This document shows positions 12,920 to 27,124 of a stretch of 64,000 nt of DNA, piece by piece; positions within the stretch are counted from its first letter, which is position 1, and the number at the start of each line of letters is the position of its first letter. The DNA lies in the NCBI GenBank assembly GCA_028534125.1, contig CM052816.1, positions 35,156,001 to 35,220,000 of the forward strand, given 5' to 3'. This DNA comes from Lama glama. Its lineage: Eukaryota. Under the pieces are notes generated by a model. The model had not been told where the DNA came from. It did no database searches and saw only the letters and a list, made by a program, of their open reading frames with translations. Made by a program: the position numbers and the translations under genes.

Positions 12920-15900
12920 TATAAATTTAAAATGCACAATTCAATTTTTGTAAAATAAACTATATAGATACATTCCAATTAAAATTAGAATATATTCTAA
13001 AAATTTCAAAGAATGAACACTGAGCCCTTAAGGGGGTGTTACTGTGAAACACACATTCCATGACACATATTTCTGAATTCTTATTGAGAGTAGGCATTAC
13101 CTTTGTTTTTTAAACATTTACTATATCTAGAATCTCTTCCAGACCTATCACTGTGCTACTGAAGAATCAATCAGGCATATAAATGAAAAACATATAAGAA
13201 GCAGAATCAGATTTTGTTGCTACACGTATTTCCAGAGGGCTATTATTATGCAAAGAAGTCAGACAGAACAGAATAAGCACACAAAAATGAGAAGGGGATT
13301 CAATAAATATGTAATTTGAAATAATATGCCTGAGTAGATCTCCTGAAAAAAAAAATTGAGGATAAATACGCTTAGGAAAAAAAGAAAAATCATTTCTGAA
13401 AGAGGCTAAGTAAGCGGAATAAAAACAAAAGGCTAATTCACTCCTTTTTGGGGTAACACATGAAAATGAAACTATTAAACATAAACATTAGCTTTCTCAA
13501 ATAAAAAGGGCATACTGAATAGTTATATAACTAACTAAACCAGCACACAGGCAGAATTGTTGGGGAATCTGAAGAATAATATTAATAAGATTCTGATACG
13601 GCTTCTCCTACTTAACTGTATTCATTCTTCAGATATTGTCTCACACTTAAACCTTCCTTAAGTTTCACAGTTAAAAGCTTTTACAGCACTGTGGATCTTT
13701 ACAGCACTTAACTGCAGTATATTGTGTGTATGATTTGTGAATGACTGTGACTATAAGCTCCACCATTATATCTCGGGGCCTTAAAAGTACTCACTCAATT
13801 AGAATTTCCTGGAAATTAATAAGTTTTGAAATGGTTTTGTTTACTGTTAAGAAGGAAGTCTCCTAAGTCCCTAACTGTGTGTCAGGGCACAGAAAATGTT
13901 ATCTTATGATGGTTTCATTTTGACATGAAGGTACTCATTGCCTTCTCTTGAATCCTTGGATGGCTGGAGCAGAACAGTTAAAATGATCTTAAGCGTACAA
14001 GAGTAAGGCCACAAACCTGGAATTAACTGTCATCCAAACAAGTTTTGGGCCTCTATTTATTTTCACTTAATCTTCCTTAAGACCCACAGTATGAATGTAA
14101 AAGGTAGTTCAAAGAGCCTAAAGATGGTGGCAATAAAACAAAGTAAACCTGTCTGGTACATTCAGAGACTATATCCATCAGCTCAAAGTGGAACTTAGCA
14201 CATGATAGACATCCAATAACTATCTGTTGAATGAACTGATGATTTAATGCACTGAGCTACCCAATTTCACATAGTAATTATTCACAAACTCCACTTTTGT
14301 GTAATTTTTGTTTTATTGGCCTGTAATCCCTGGGCCTTGTAGAGTACTTGTTCATTTAGTATTTCCTGAATGAATAAATGGATGAATGAAAAAATTAAAA
14401 ATGATATGCTATTACATAGAGGATTTTTCCTCAAGTTTTATTTTTAAACATTTATGTTGTTATTTTTAAATTCATCAGCAGATATTAACTCAAATTTCTG
14501 GCTCAATCATCCCTAATTCTAACTCTGTTCATGAAGTCTGCTAATGTCTCATCTACCAGGTTTCAAGCTCACTGAGAAGGCCACCATTTTCAGTTTCACC
14601 TCCCTACCCTGCATAACATGATACTCTGCATTAGTGTGTTTTTAGGAAACATGTGCCAGATAAATAGAGAAATAGGAATTGGTACTTTCCTATTAGTAAT
14701 AGCATAAAAAGTTCTTTTTGGAGTACCTTTGTTTTATCACGTGTATTCTTGTTTATCATATACAAAAGCAAGGATTTGATTATATATTAACTAATCAAAT
14801 GGAACAATATTATTGGAATCTCTAAAAAAAAATCTATCAACATTTATGACACAAAATAAACAGTTTTAGGTACAAACTCTGACTATGGCTTTTTATCAAG
14901 CACCATAAACAGGTTAGAGTAAAGAACATTAAAATTACACTAAGATTCAGATACTTAGATAGGCTTAATATATCTGGCTTTATGAAATCAATATAATTAA
15001 TGTCCAGTAAAAAGTACAACTCTTTTTGCTTGAATTAGCTAAAACAACAGAGAGATATTCTCTTCTGGAGTAGTGAAAAAACTGAAAGTGTCTGCATTTA
15101 TGTTGATCAGTCATAATGTTCACTGCGTGCAGTTTTACACCATGTTAAAAAAAATCTGTGAGATGCACATAGAAACAAAGCTTCAAAATAACTGGCAAAC
15201 TAGACTCTCGCTGACAGAGGCAATGTTGCTAAAAATAACTGTGACCAATGGATACCTCAAACCTAAATATATAAATTCTAAAACACTTTATTACTATTTA
15301 AATTTCACAAATAAATCCCAATAAATAGGAACCAAAAAAAATCTTAAATTAACTTTTCCAATTACACTGATATTTCTTGCAGAGTACATTTGTAGGTTTT
15401 TTCAAATCAAGTCATCAAACAACAGTAAAAATGCTTAACTATCTGCATAGCACTTTACGTGTTACAAATAATGTATTCACTGCTCTGTCTGATTCTCACA
15501 ATCACTGTATTGGCCATTACCCTCATTACTTCCCAAACAACAGAGCTGGTAAAGTGCAGATCTGGGACTAAAACCTCATTTCCATTGATTCACTATTTAA
15601 CATTTTTTCCATTCTCTAAAATCCCATATTTCTTTATATCTTCCTTTCTTAGGACACCTGTCCCCTCATTTATGTACAGTTTTTATAATCTACTACTGGA
15701 TTATAAACTCTCTCATTGGAATATAATAGGCAATCATTAAATATCTGGTAATAAATTCCCCCATTTATTGACCCCTTCCAGGCAACAGGTATATGAGAAA
15801 TGAAATGGGATAATTTTAGCTCATCTAAGATTCATCTCCACAAAAAGAAAAAGAACTAAAAATTCTCCAAACATGCAATATCACCTTAAAACTCTTATTT

Positions 15901-17673
15901 TCAACTGATTGAAGAACTCACCATTATATAGTTAGGGCAAACTAAATAAAATTAAGCAGTGTAATACCTGAAGCACTTACAGCTCTCTTCTTTACTCGAG
16001 ATCATTGCAAAATTTCAATGACAGAGGAAGCTGAATAAAATCTTTAAATGTGACCTTTTAACAATGTCTAATTTTTAAAATATATTATGCTGTTCACTTT
16101 AGTCACTTAAAACAAAATGGCAATATTAAAGATAAGTGATAATTTGCAAGTGAATCCTTTCCTTTTTGTATCTAAAAATACCAATTTAAATTCCTATGGT
16201 TACATTTTAAACTACAAGAGGTAATAAGTGAAATATTTCAGTCTAATATATGACGTATATCAAAATAGTAACTTTTAGAGCTTAGAAGTAGAAGGAAACA
16301 CTCATGTAAATTGTAGTTACTTCACACCTTACCTACGATCTTTCTACTATTCTCATACCATTTTATAAATGTTGCCAACATAGTCACAGGTTGTAATAAG
16401 ATCATCTACATCCATAACTTAAAGGCACATACAAATTATAAAAGAGTTTGCCAGGGAAATATGGAATGACATACTATTAGAAACAGTAGCTTGGATGTAT
16501 GAGAGTAGGCAACCATAATTATCAAGTTGAGGTCTGAATACGATGCAAAATTAACAAACAGTATAAAAATTATAATATATACTTTAAAGGACTTATTCTC
16601 CTTAACCTAAATGAATGGTATCTATTTTCACTTAAATATAACTCCTAGATGTGATTATACTACATGCCACTTTTAAATGGTTACTTTTATGATACGTGAA
16701 TCTCATCTCAGAATTATATCTACATAATAGATAGATAATACAATATGTAATATCATTAGATGAACTTATATGTATGTGAACTATGTATGAACTTGAACAT
16801 ATATGTTCCTAAAACCCTATGAAGTTCATCTAATGATTATGGTTCAATCTTCTTGTAATGTAATTAGTATCAGTATAGTGCCTGGAAATAAGCTTCAATC
16901 CTATAGACAGCCAACTTGAAAATGCATTCCATTTGAAATGATGGGTTAAAAAATGATAAAAAGAGGCCTCAATTCCTTCATATGCCAAAAATATTAAAAA
17001 TTTCTCAGTGGGTAAAGTTAAAATTTTGAGATCACTCATCTCTTCTTGATGAAGAATGTAACAGATAATAATAAGTAGTTTGGCAATACTTAAATAAATA
17101 AATAAAAATGATAAATAAATCAGTATTAGAACAAGCAATGTAAATAAATCATTTTTAAAAATTGTTTCTCAATTTCTATGTATTGTTCATTAATGCTAAC
17201 AAATAATAGCTCATACAAAAAGGGGGAATAAACCTTAACCCTCAATGTATCATAAAACCAATTCAACCATCACTTTCTGATTTATTAAAAAATGTTATTA
17301 TTACTATTTAATAGAATATTTTAAAAATCTCTCATGGTAACATTTTTGAATGCAATTTCAAGGGCCAAGTTCAAGAGCATAAAATTCATAATTAAGTTTC
17401 TCCAGAAAAATTTATGATAATCACATTATTTCTTTTTATTTTTAATTTAAAGGAGATTTAATGTTCAAATTTAACTTAAAATATTTTAAATATTTATGCA
17501 TTTAAATTTAATGTAAATTTGTAATGATTATTTTTAACTTACATTTTAAAATATGTATTTCCTTAAAAAGATTAACATTTTAATGAATTCTGGTGCACTG
17601 TATCTAAGGAACTCAGAAAAAAAATTAAGTGCTAAACTTTGTGTTACATTCATTTATCACAAACTGTTCATTA

Positions 17674-18066
<393 letters not shown>

Positions 18067-20101
18067 TTATATGATGAATCTGAAATTTTCCTAACTTTTA
18101 AAGAACATGCATCCTGGCACACTAGCGCTGAAGTTTAGCACAAATGCATATCCTTCAATACTTCAAGGTTATTGTTTCTTTTTTTCTGTCTATCATACAT
18201 AGGTACAACACAATATTAGCAGGTAGAGTTAGCATTTACAGTCTTACCATATCATAAAATAAATCCATATATTTCAATTTTTTCAATCAGAGAATTACGA
18301 TGAAAAGGGAGCATTATCAGAGAAATTTATCACAAAGCAACTTCATTTTTATTTAAATTAAAAGTTGAGTTATTTCTTTTTATGAAAGTAACTCTTAATC
18401 ACATAGACGGTGGGCTTTCCAAGTCATAGGTCCCAGGGGCACTATCTAAGGCTTCATTTCATGCTGCCTTATTGCTGTGAACTCCCATTCTTAAACTGAT
18501 TCCTCTGATTTCCTTAACCATTACCTCTGCCACACGGCTGGTCCTGATCCTGTACGGCAATGGCACATAAAGCTTTAGGTAAAACAGCGTCACTGAAAAC
18601 CACCACACGCAATTACAAACATAAGGCAAAAACAAGGGAGGAGTGTAAGTCATGAGTGCAGCAAGAAAAGCAAATCGCCTGTTCCTTTAGGAGGCCAAAT
18701 GCTGATAACAAATAACAGAGGTAACAGCTGGCTATATCTCCTTGAAATGTTTCTAATTAATGACAGATGAAATCACACATTTTCTGGTTACAAGTAAAAA
18801 GCTATTTGTTTATTGTTATCATCCACAGAAATTAAACTGCCCCAGATGGTAAGAGTAGTTTATGGAGAAGGTACAGTAATATGCACTCACTCTTAACGTT
18901 CTCAAAATATAATATGCACAATACCTGGTGAGAAAGTAATTTACAAACTGGAAAAATCAGAATTAAGAATAAATGAAAGGCAAATATTTACACACAAAGT
19001 TTTTCAGGATAATATTATGAACTCTATACAGGGAAAAATACGGTATTTTTCTGGTAAATGAAAACTAGCTTTGAGGAGGTTTCAAAAACCCATCCTACTG
19101 ATTTAAAAAAAGAACCTTGAGAAATCCCAAATAGACTCCAAAGTCCACTGTTTGGTTTCTACTTCTACCACTTGGATAATCTTTAATTCTTTAAATATAT
19201 ACATGGTGTTATTGTACATGGAAACTTTGTAAGTTAAATCAGCCTTTTTTCTTTCAGTACTAATTATAAGTATGGTATTTCCCCAAAAATTAAACTGTGT
19301 TCCCAAAAATTGGTTTCAAAAGTGAATTATATAATAGAACCAGCCACAACTACAAGAGGTAAAAAAGTAATACTTTTAAAAACAAATTACATAATCCACA
19401 CAAAATTAACTTCTGTATATTGATACCAACAGTTTATAATTATTAAAGTAGATAGCCAAAATTACTAAATATTTCTTTTTCAAAATTGTCACAGTGCATT
19501 TCAATACAGTAAATACTAAAAATTTTACTATAATAGAGATATTTCCCAAGTTTTGCCAATAGCAAAGTGTTACACTGATATTTTTCCACAGGGGGAAAAT
19601 CAATAAAATAAGAAATTCAATGTCACCTCTGTGCAAAGAACTTGTTTTTATCATTATCTCTCAAAAAAGGTCTACATAATAGAAAGTCATCATAAACAAG
19701 GAAGTTCATGTGCTTGATTTCTTGTCCTATTCAACCTATACTCCCAAATTTTGATTCATTTAGAATTGAGAGAATGCAGAGCCTAGAGAATTCATTAAGT
19801 CAAAAGGGCATCTGAAATACAAGAGCTCAGCTAACACTGAGAAATTACTTTAAGGATCTGAAGGTGAGGAATACTTTTGGGAAAAAAATCATCCTGAAAC
19901 ATCTAAGTTTATTTGTTTCTTTGTTTATTAAAAAAAAAAGAAGACGAATTGAATAGGAAGGAACTTATAATGCCATTTCATAGGGATTATGCTCCAGTTC
20001 TTTGGGTATATTGGCTTCTTTTGAGTAGGAAGGGAAGCTCAGGGATCTTTTGTTCCCCAGCCCCTAGACAATACTGTTAGGAAGTGTAGGCTGAACTTAC
20101 T

Positions 20102-20144
20102 GTGGGTGTGTGTGTGTGTGTATGTGTGTGCACACACACACACA
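20102..20144. repeat. (TG)n(CA)n self-complementary microsatellite
   Basis: gtgtgtgtgtgtgtgtatgtgtgtg directly followed by cacacacacacaca. Confidence 0.9.
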
Positions 20145-23100
20145 GGGAAAGGATGTACATTTCTCCTATATGGTCTACCAGGTCCTTCAGGGACTTCCCT
20201 GGAAATGTCGGAAGGAATGTTTTTATTAATATGATTTCAATTAAAGTCCAACACAATTTTTCAAGCTTGATAGTAAAAGAATATAGGATGTATCAGCAAC
20301 AAAATCCAGCATCCCAAAAGCCTTCATAACGACATCAAAAATGAAATAAAGTTTTTTAATTTAAATATCACATCTTTCTAAGCCTCAGTGGGGAAAGATT
20401 TTTCCTTGTCAGTAAGTTATCTAAAATGTTTGCCAAAGATATGGGAAAGGGGAAATCTCCTTTTTTAATGTACAGTAATCCAACAGTTACTAAGTTATAC
20501 ATAATAAGGCAAGCTTTCCTGATTGACTAGGCTAGCTGTTTAATTATTTTCCCTGGGCCTTGTTCTTAAGGAATATTCCAGCAAAACATACTGGGACAGT
20601 GAAATTAAAAGATTGGTTTAAATGAAGAGACACTGAGGAGTCAGTACTAGAAAATGGAAATACTTTTTTTTCTTGACTTAAAAATAAGAAGCTATTTTTT
20701 TTCTTACTTAGTTCAGGCTAATTCTTGAATTAATTCATAAGTATATAATGAAGATTTGTATGCTTTTACCTCAAACATTTGAACACAAGATGAGCTCCTT
20801 TTTGAGAGGCAATGCAGAAGTTTAAAAAAAAAATCAAACTCTGGATTTTATTCAAATTAAGCACCCAAATAAGAAACCATTAAAAAATAAAATAAAACAG
20901 CATTGAAAAATATACAAGGAAACCTCTCAAATGAGCTTGAACAAGCTAAATAAAACTTTAACACAATCATAAAAATTTTTATCAAGTTTAGTTATTAGTT
21001 TAATAATCTAAGTGCTGAATTATTTCAAATCTAGTATAATAATATACTACTAGGGTGACTACAAGTTACCTACAGGATTTTAAACATTGCTCAAAAATTC
21101 CATAAAGACCTCTTTAATTTTAAAGCTATATATCACTGGGAAATTTTAGGAGACAATTAAGAATCAAATGTCATACAATCAGAAATAAGAGAATCACCAA
21201 ACACTTGCAAAAGGTGGGAAATTTTGGTGTATTGAATAGAAATCTGCCTGACGGTAGTAAAAGTTATTTTCAGTGAAAGGGAAATGTAGCCATAGGTAGG
21301 GAATGTATTTTATATCATTTAGAGTTTGATAGTTGAACAAATGCTTAACATAAAATGAAAGCGTGAATAATAATGTTCTTCCTGTTACTTTTTTCCCCAA
21401 ATTTCTAAACAATTATGTTTTGAATTTATTGAATAAGTTAATTCTGAAAATAATAAAAAATAAAGAATATTCTGGATATTTGACCTTCACAATCATTTTC
21501 CTTTAAGCTAGACAAACAGGATATAAATAAATTAGAGCAGTAGTTCTGTCTTTAACAGGCACTACGGCCTATCTGTAAATCTGCAAATTCTAATTTTTCA
21601 GCAGTAAAGTAGAATTCACTATTTTTTTCATGCATTGATATCTTATTTTCATGATAAAGATACTTCACCTAATGTTCAATTTCCACTATGCAACTAGCAA
21701 CAAAAGTCTTATTCACAAATGTCTTAATTAATAATTGTTTATACTTTCTGAGAATTTGACTTAGCTCGGTCTTTAGCTAGTAATATAACTGTGGTCTATC
21801 AAAACGACTAGGCATAATTACATACTAATCAGAGATTCTCATTCTTACACAATTCTTCCCAAAACTTTATTTAAAAAAATAGACAGGTAGGCCAAACTTG
21901 AATATTACCTTACTTCTACAATTCCTCATTTCCTTGATTGCCTTTTTATGCACCTTATTGGATCTCTAATAGGAGACACTATCTCAAGCAAAATATTTTT
22001 TCTTTAAAGTCATTCATTTTTGGTCTAACACGAGTGCTTCCTCCAACCCTTCTGATTTCCCCTGACTTTGCTGGTTTTTTAACCCTGCTTCTTTAATTCT
22101 CTTACTCATCTTCTCTTTATTAGTAATCATTCTTTGTTCTTTATTCTCTTTATCCATTTAATTTTTCTAATTGTGCTTGTGACTTTCACTCATCCTCTCT
22201 CATCTGATCATTTCACTGTGGTTTTTTTTTCAGTTTTATTTTTTCAGTATCAAATATCCTGTCCTTAAGCTCATATAATATTACATATAAAATGTGACAC
22301 AGTATCAATAAAAACATGTTTTAGTCCATTAATGGTACTCAGTGCTAATTTAATATTACACATCTCAACTAAAACTATTACCAGATTATTCCAGTGAGTC
22401 AGTATGAAATCATAGCTCAGTAAATTTAAACATTTCTCTTCAAGTTAGGATCGCTTGTCTAGAATGTAGTATCACTCTGACATGATTTGGGTCATTTGTT
22501 TTAATTAAGCATTTGAGCAAACATATAAAATAGATTTACTCCCTATAAAGTGAAATTAAAGCAAATAAATCCTGATAGGCTCTTCTTGAAAATTACGTAT
22601 AATAGTACTAGTGATTCAAAACCTGCAGTTCTGAGAATAACATTTAGTTTTCCTAAACATGACTGACTATATTGGAGAATTTAGTGTATTTATGGCAGTG
22701 ATACTATGCAAGAAATTTAATTTTCATTTTCCCTTGTTTCTCATTTTTCTACATCTTAGTGCCTGGGCAAAAATAAATAAGTAAGTAAAACAAAGAATAA
22801 AATAAATAAAGACCTTAAGAACAAAAGAAGACAACTGAGGTTTAAAATATATACTATTAAAGCTTAATTTAACAACATGCCTTGTTTCAGGAAGAACAAG
22901 GTTGCTTTGTAAGACTTGAAGGAGAACAGTAAAAAAATATAAGCAGTTTATTATATTATGAATGAAAATTACGACATTCTCCTATGCTAATAGTGGAAAC
23001 CAAGCATTATAATACCAACACTAGAAATGACGTACATCTTAAACATAGCTGAATTATAATTTGCTAATTTTTTAAAAAGAAGCCAACAAGTAAATCTTAT

Positions 23101-24157
23101 CTACTATATTATTATATATAATGGAAGCACATCTTTCTTTTTTAATATTTGTATTTTCTAAATTCAAGTGCAAAGTAATTCTAAAATTAAAGTAACCTAT
23201 ATGTCAACAGAATATAGAAAAATACTAATTTTAAGGAGACAGAAGTTGAATAACTTTAATAATTCTTCTGATGTCTGAAGAATAATTATCTGGACCAAAA
23301 TGTGCTTTATTCTGGTTTTAAAGAACATTTTCCAAAAAGTGCTACTATTATATTATAAGGGTGTTCTGCACTTCATTGATCTGTGAACAACTAGTACTCA
23401 AAAATGGCTGTAAGATGGAACAAACTGTTTGCTCAGCCCTTATAACAAACGTTCTGCAAGAAAAACAATGCCTCTGGAGAGAGGGCAGTATTCTTGACAT
23501 GACTAGAACAGATCTCATTAAAAATAATGTGGTTTGAAAGACTTTCAGTGGAAATGCACACTTTCGATTGCCAGGCTTTCAAATTCTGCAACGAATCCTG
23601 TCTAATACACCTGGCCTTGACTTCAGAAGAAATCTATGAGAAACAGTTCTCAATGCAAATTTATAACTTTCTAAAGTATGGGAAGATGTTGAGTATGGAG
23701 TAGATCTCAGTGCCTGGAGGTACTAATGATAGGTTATTAAACTCTTTCAGTACAGTGGAAAAAAAGAGCACATGCTTAGCTGATATAACATATTAAAATG
23801 ATCCTAACAATAAACAGCAAACATTTACCATCAGATACTAAAACTCAGCTAAAGCCAAATTCATCTATGAGCTAACTGTCTCACATCCTTCCAGCAACAC
23901 TGCTGACTGAAGTGTTACATTAGACTGTCTTCACCCGTAGTTCTACATTTCGCCTGTTAAAAATGTTGAAAAAAATAGCTACGACAAGTCCAACGGGAAT
24001 ATTATTATGATTAATTCCTTTCCCTATATATGATGCAAATAATTGTTTAATTTATCTGAAATTGTTTTATATTTCCAATTTTTGTATGTTTATTTGAGTA
24101 AAGAGAGTGATTTCATAGTTCCTGCTTTTTTTAAATTTTAAGTTAAATACGTTTACA

Positions 24158-25385
24158 TACAAAAGAATGAATTTAGACGTCTACCTCACATCATATACAA
24201 AAGTTAACTCATAATAGATCAAAGACCTATATGTAAGAGCTAAAACTATAAAACTCTCAGAAGGAAACACAGATGAAAATTTTCATGACCATGCATTAGA
24301 CAATGATTTTTTTCAGATATGACACCAAAAGTATGTGCAAGGAAAGAAAAATAGATATACCGGACTTTGTCAAAATTAAAACTTTTGTATGTCACAGAAC
24401 ACTATCAGGAAAGTAAAAAAATTCACAAACTAAGAAAAATTTTTTCCAAATTATGTATCTGATAAGGGAATTGTATCCAGAGTATATTAAGAACCTTTAT
24501 AACTCAATAATGAAAAAAACACACCAATTAAAAAGTATGCAAAGCACGTGAATAGTCGTATCTCCAAAGAACATACATAGGTGGCCAATAAGCACATTGA
24601 AAGATGCTTAACGTTATTAGTCATCAGGAAAATACAAATAAAACTACAATGAAATACCACTTCTTTCATACAGGATGCCTATAATGTTTTAAAAATGGGA
24701 AGAAAAATGTTGAGGTTGCAGATAAATTGAAACACTCATACATTGCATACATTGATGGGAATGTAAAACGTTGCAACCATTGTGGACAACAGTTTGGCAG
24801 TTCCTCAAAAACTTAAACACAGAATTACCATATGACCCAGTAATTCCTAGGTATATAACTGAGAGATTTAAAAATATATGTTTACATAAAAAGTTGTATA
24901 TGAATGTTCATTGCAGCATTATTCATTACAGCCCAAAGGTGGTACAACCCAAATGTCCATCAGCTGAAGAACGGATAAACAATTTGTGATAAATCCATAC
25001 AGTGCAACACCATTCTGTCATGAAAAGGAATGAAGGACTGTCACATGCTACACCATGGGTGAACCTTGGAAACAGTATACTATGTGAAAGAAACTAGACA
25101 CAAAATGTCATATATTGTATCACTCTGGTTATATGAAATATCCAGAAAAGGCAAATCCACAGGGATCAAAAATGGATGAGTGATTGCCAGAAAGTTAAGA
25201 AAGGGGGGAATTGAGACTAATTGCTAAGAGGAATGGAATTTTTTATGAGGGAGATTAAAATGGTCTGAAATTAGATAGTGATGATGGTTGCAAAACATAA
25301 TGAATATGCTAAAACCACTGTGTGTACTCTTTTAAATGGTGACTTTAACGTTGTGTGAAGCATATCACAATAAAATAATTTAAAT
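24158..25385 (+). mobile_element. Older L1 (L1MB-like) 3' portion, about 1.2 kb
   Basis: Degenerate ORF2 (QPLWTTVWQFLKNLNTELPYDP..QPKCPS) and 3' UTR ending tagatagtgatgatggttgca..cacaataaa. Confidence 0.88.
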
Positions 25386-26915
25386 GTGTTCATGTATGTC
25401 ATTTTGGCAGGTTTTTTTTAACTTTTTTTATGAATAAAAAGTCATTTTTTGTAACTAAAAAATTTCCTTTTTCTTTACCTTTACCAAATTAGAACACTCC
25501 AAAAATACTATATTATGTCAGAAAAAATTTTAAATTATGATTAAGTAGCCTCTAAATGTTATTCATCTTAGATTATTATGCTTAACACTGAAACCTTCAC
25601 CTTCACCTTCACATTCAAATTAAGACTCAAGACTTCAGTTACCTGTATAGTTTAAGGAAAAACCTCCTTCTCCAAATAAATAGGATATCTAACACCTCAG
25701 AGAACTAGTTTTGTACCTTTATTCATAGTGTAGCATAGCTTCATAAGCCAGACTGTCTCAATCCTTTTGGTTCATGAGATTTCTAAACGAATCAGGAAAT
25801 ACCAAAGGGCACTTAACTGATGGAGATAATGACTGTCTTAATCACGAAGACAAAAATGCGATCGACTAGGGAGAGGAAGTGAGCATTCCCTAGAAATCTC
25901 AATTAGAGAGAGAACATTTTCTTAGATGAAATGGGCATCTCATAGCTTTATGGATGTTGGTAAGTTTATAAAAAAAATGTATATTTGAATGAGGCATACA
26001 CTGCAGGAAAAGCACTTCATGTAGGGTAAAAGCTCTCTGTTAAAAAGCAAACATTAACCTATATCAATGACTATCAACATACTAATTTTACTCAAGAATA
26101 AGGTAAATACCACTTTTAAGTGGAGAAAACAACATGTAAATATCTTCAGGTATGAAAAAAAGTTATAGCGTATACCAATATTATACCTGACATATTTTAG
26201 GATAGCCAATCCTATACAACTTCATCATAATGAGCAAAATGGATTTCTCCTCTGTAAATCAGTGTGTCTTAAAGGGAAAAAAAAAAACCTCTCTCATCTT
26301 CTGATCAGCCCTGACTTACCAAATCACAGCCAAAAGCTGAAGTTCTCATAACTATGAGCTTCAAAGTAACGTATGTAACATGAAGTCTCAGAGCCACTGG
26401 TGCACCCCTAGACATCCGTCTTGAGAGCACAAGGTTCTCAGACACCCCAGGTCGTGGGGGAGAAAAACAAACAAACATGGGAAATGTCACCCCATTCTCA
26501 CAATCATTGATTTCTTATTGTTCTGTGACTAGTTAAACTTTTTAAGCTCTTAGTTCTACTCTCCTACCTTTACCTCTAAGAACAAAGCTAAAGGAAACCT
26601 TGGGTTTATAAGGAGCTTGGTTCCCAAGTATTTAAAACATTTTATTCAAGTTAAGAGCTTGCTCTTTCACAGCACACAGAAAGAAAAACTGTGGGACACA
26701 CCCTTCATGAACTAGCCACCAACATACAGCTATTAGTTGCCAGCACAAAGACCTCTGACCTCAGTGAAATAAAGGTGAGTTAATAACAACTTAACTATGC
26801 CCCTGTGTTTCACTGACTTATTTTAATGTTAAATAACTTTACAAAGGGCTCACTGGGGTATCTGAACATTTCTTTTCTAGAACTATGTTTTTCTTTTTTA
26901 AAAAAAACTTGTTTC

Positions 26916-27124
26916 TTGTTTTTTTTTCTTTTTTCTTTTTTGATGTTGAGTTGTATAAGCTGTTTATTTTGGGGGGGAATTGGGTTTATTTAATTATTTA
27001 CTTATCTATTTATTTACTTACTTATTTACTTACGTATTTTTTAAATGGAGGTACTGGGGCTTGAACTCAAGACCTCGTGCATGCTAAGCACGTGCTCTAC
27101 CACTCGGCTATACCCACCTCCCCC
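26916..27124 (-). mobile_element. tRNA-Ala-derived SINE (vic-1-type) with extended tail containing a short L1-like segment
   Basis: Minus strand gggtatagccgagtggtagagcacgtgcttagcatgcacgaggtcttgagttcaagccccagtacctcca, then TAAA-rich tail and poly-A. Confidence 0.9.

Noticed and set aside
26305..26490. Possible cryptic FER-strand exon ending at strong donor TTG|GTAAGT (about 26320)
   Set aside because: The upstream pyrimidine tract is not directly followed by an AG, and the peptide resembles nothing in FER.
27046..27118. Near-complete tRNA-Ala(AGC)-like sequence (also at 12783, 39893, 54608)
   Set aside because: Each copy carries a shared SINE-specific 3' extension, an A-rich tail, often TSDs, and scattered stem mutations. 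These are tRNA-derived SINEs, not tRNA genes.
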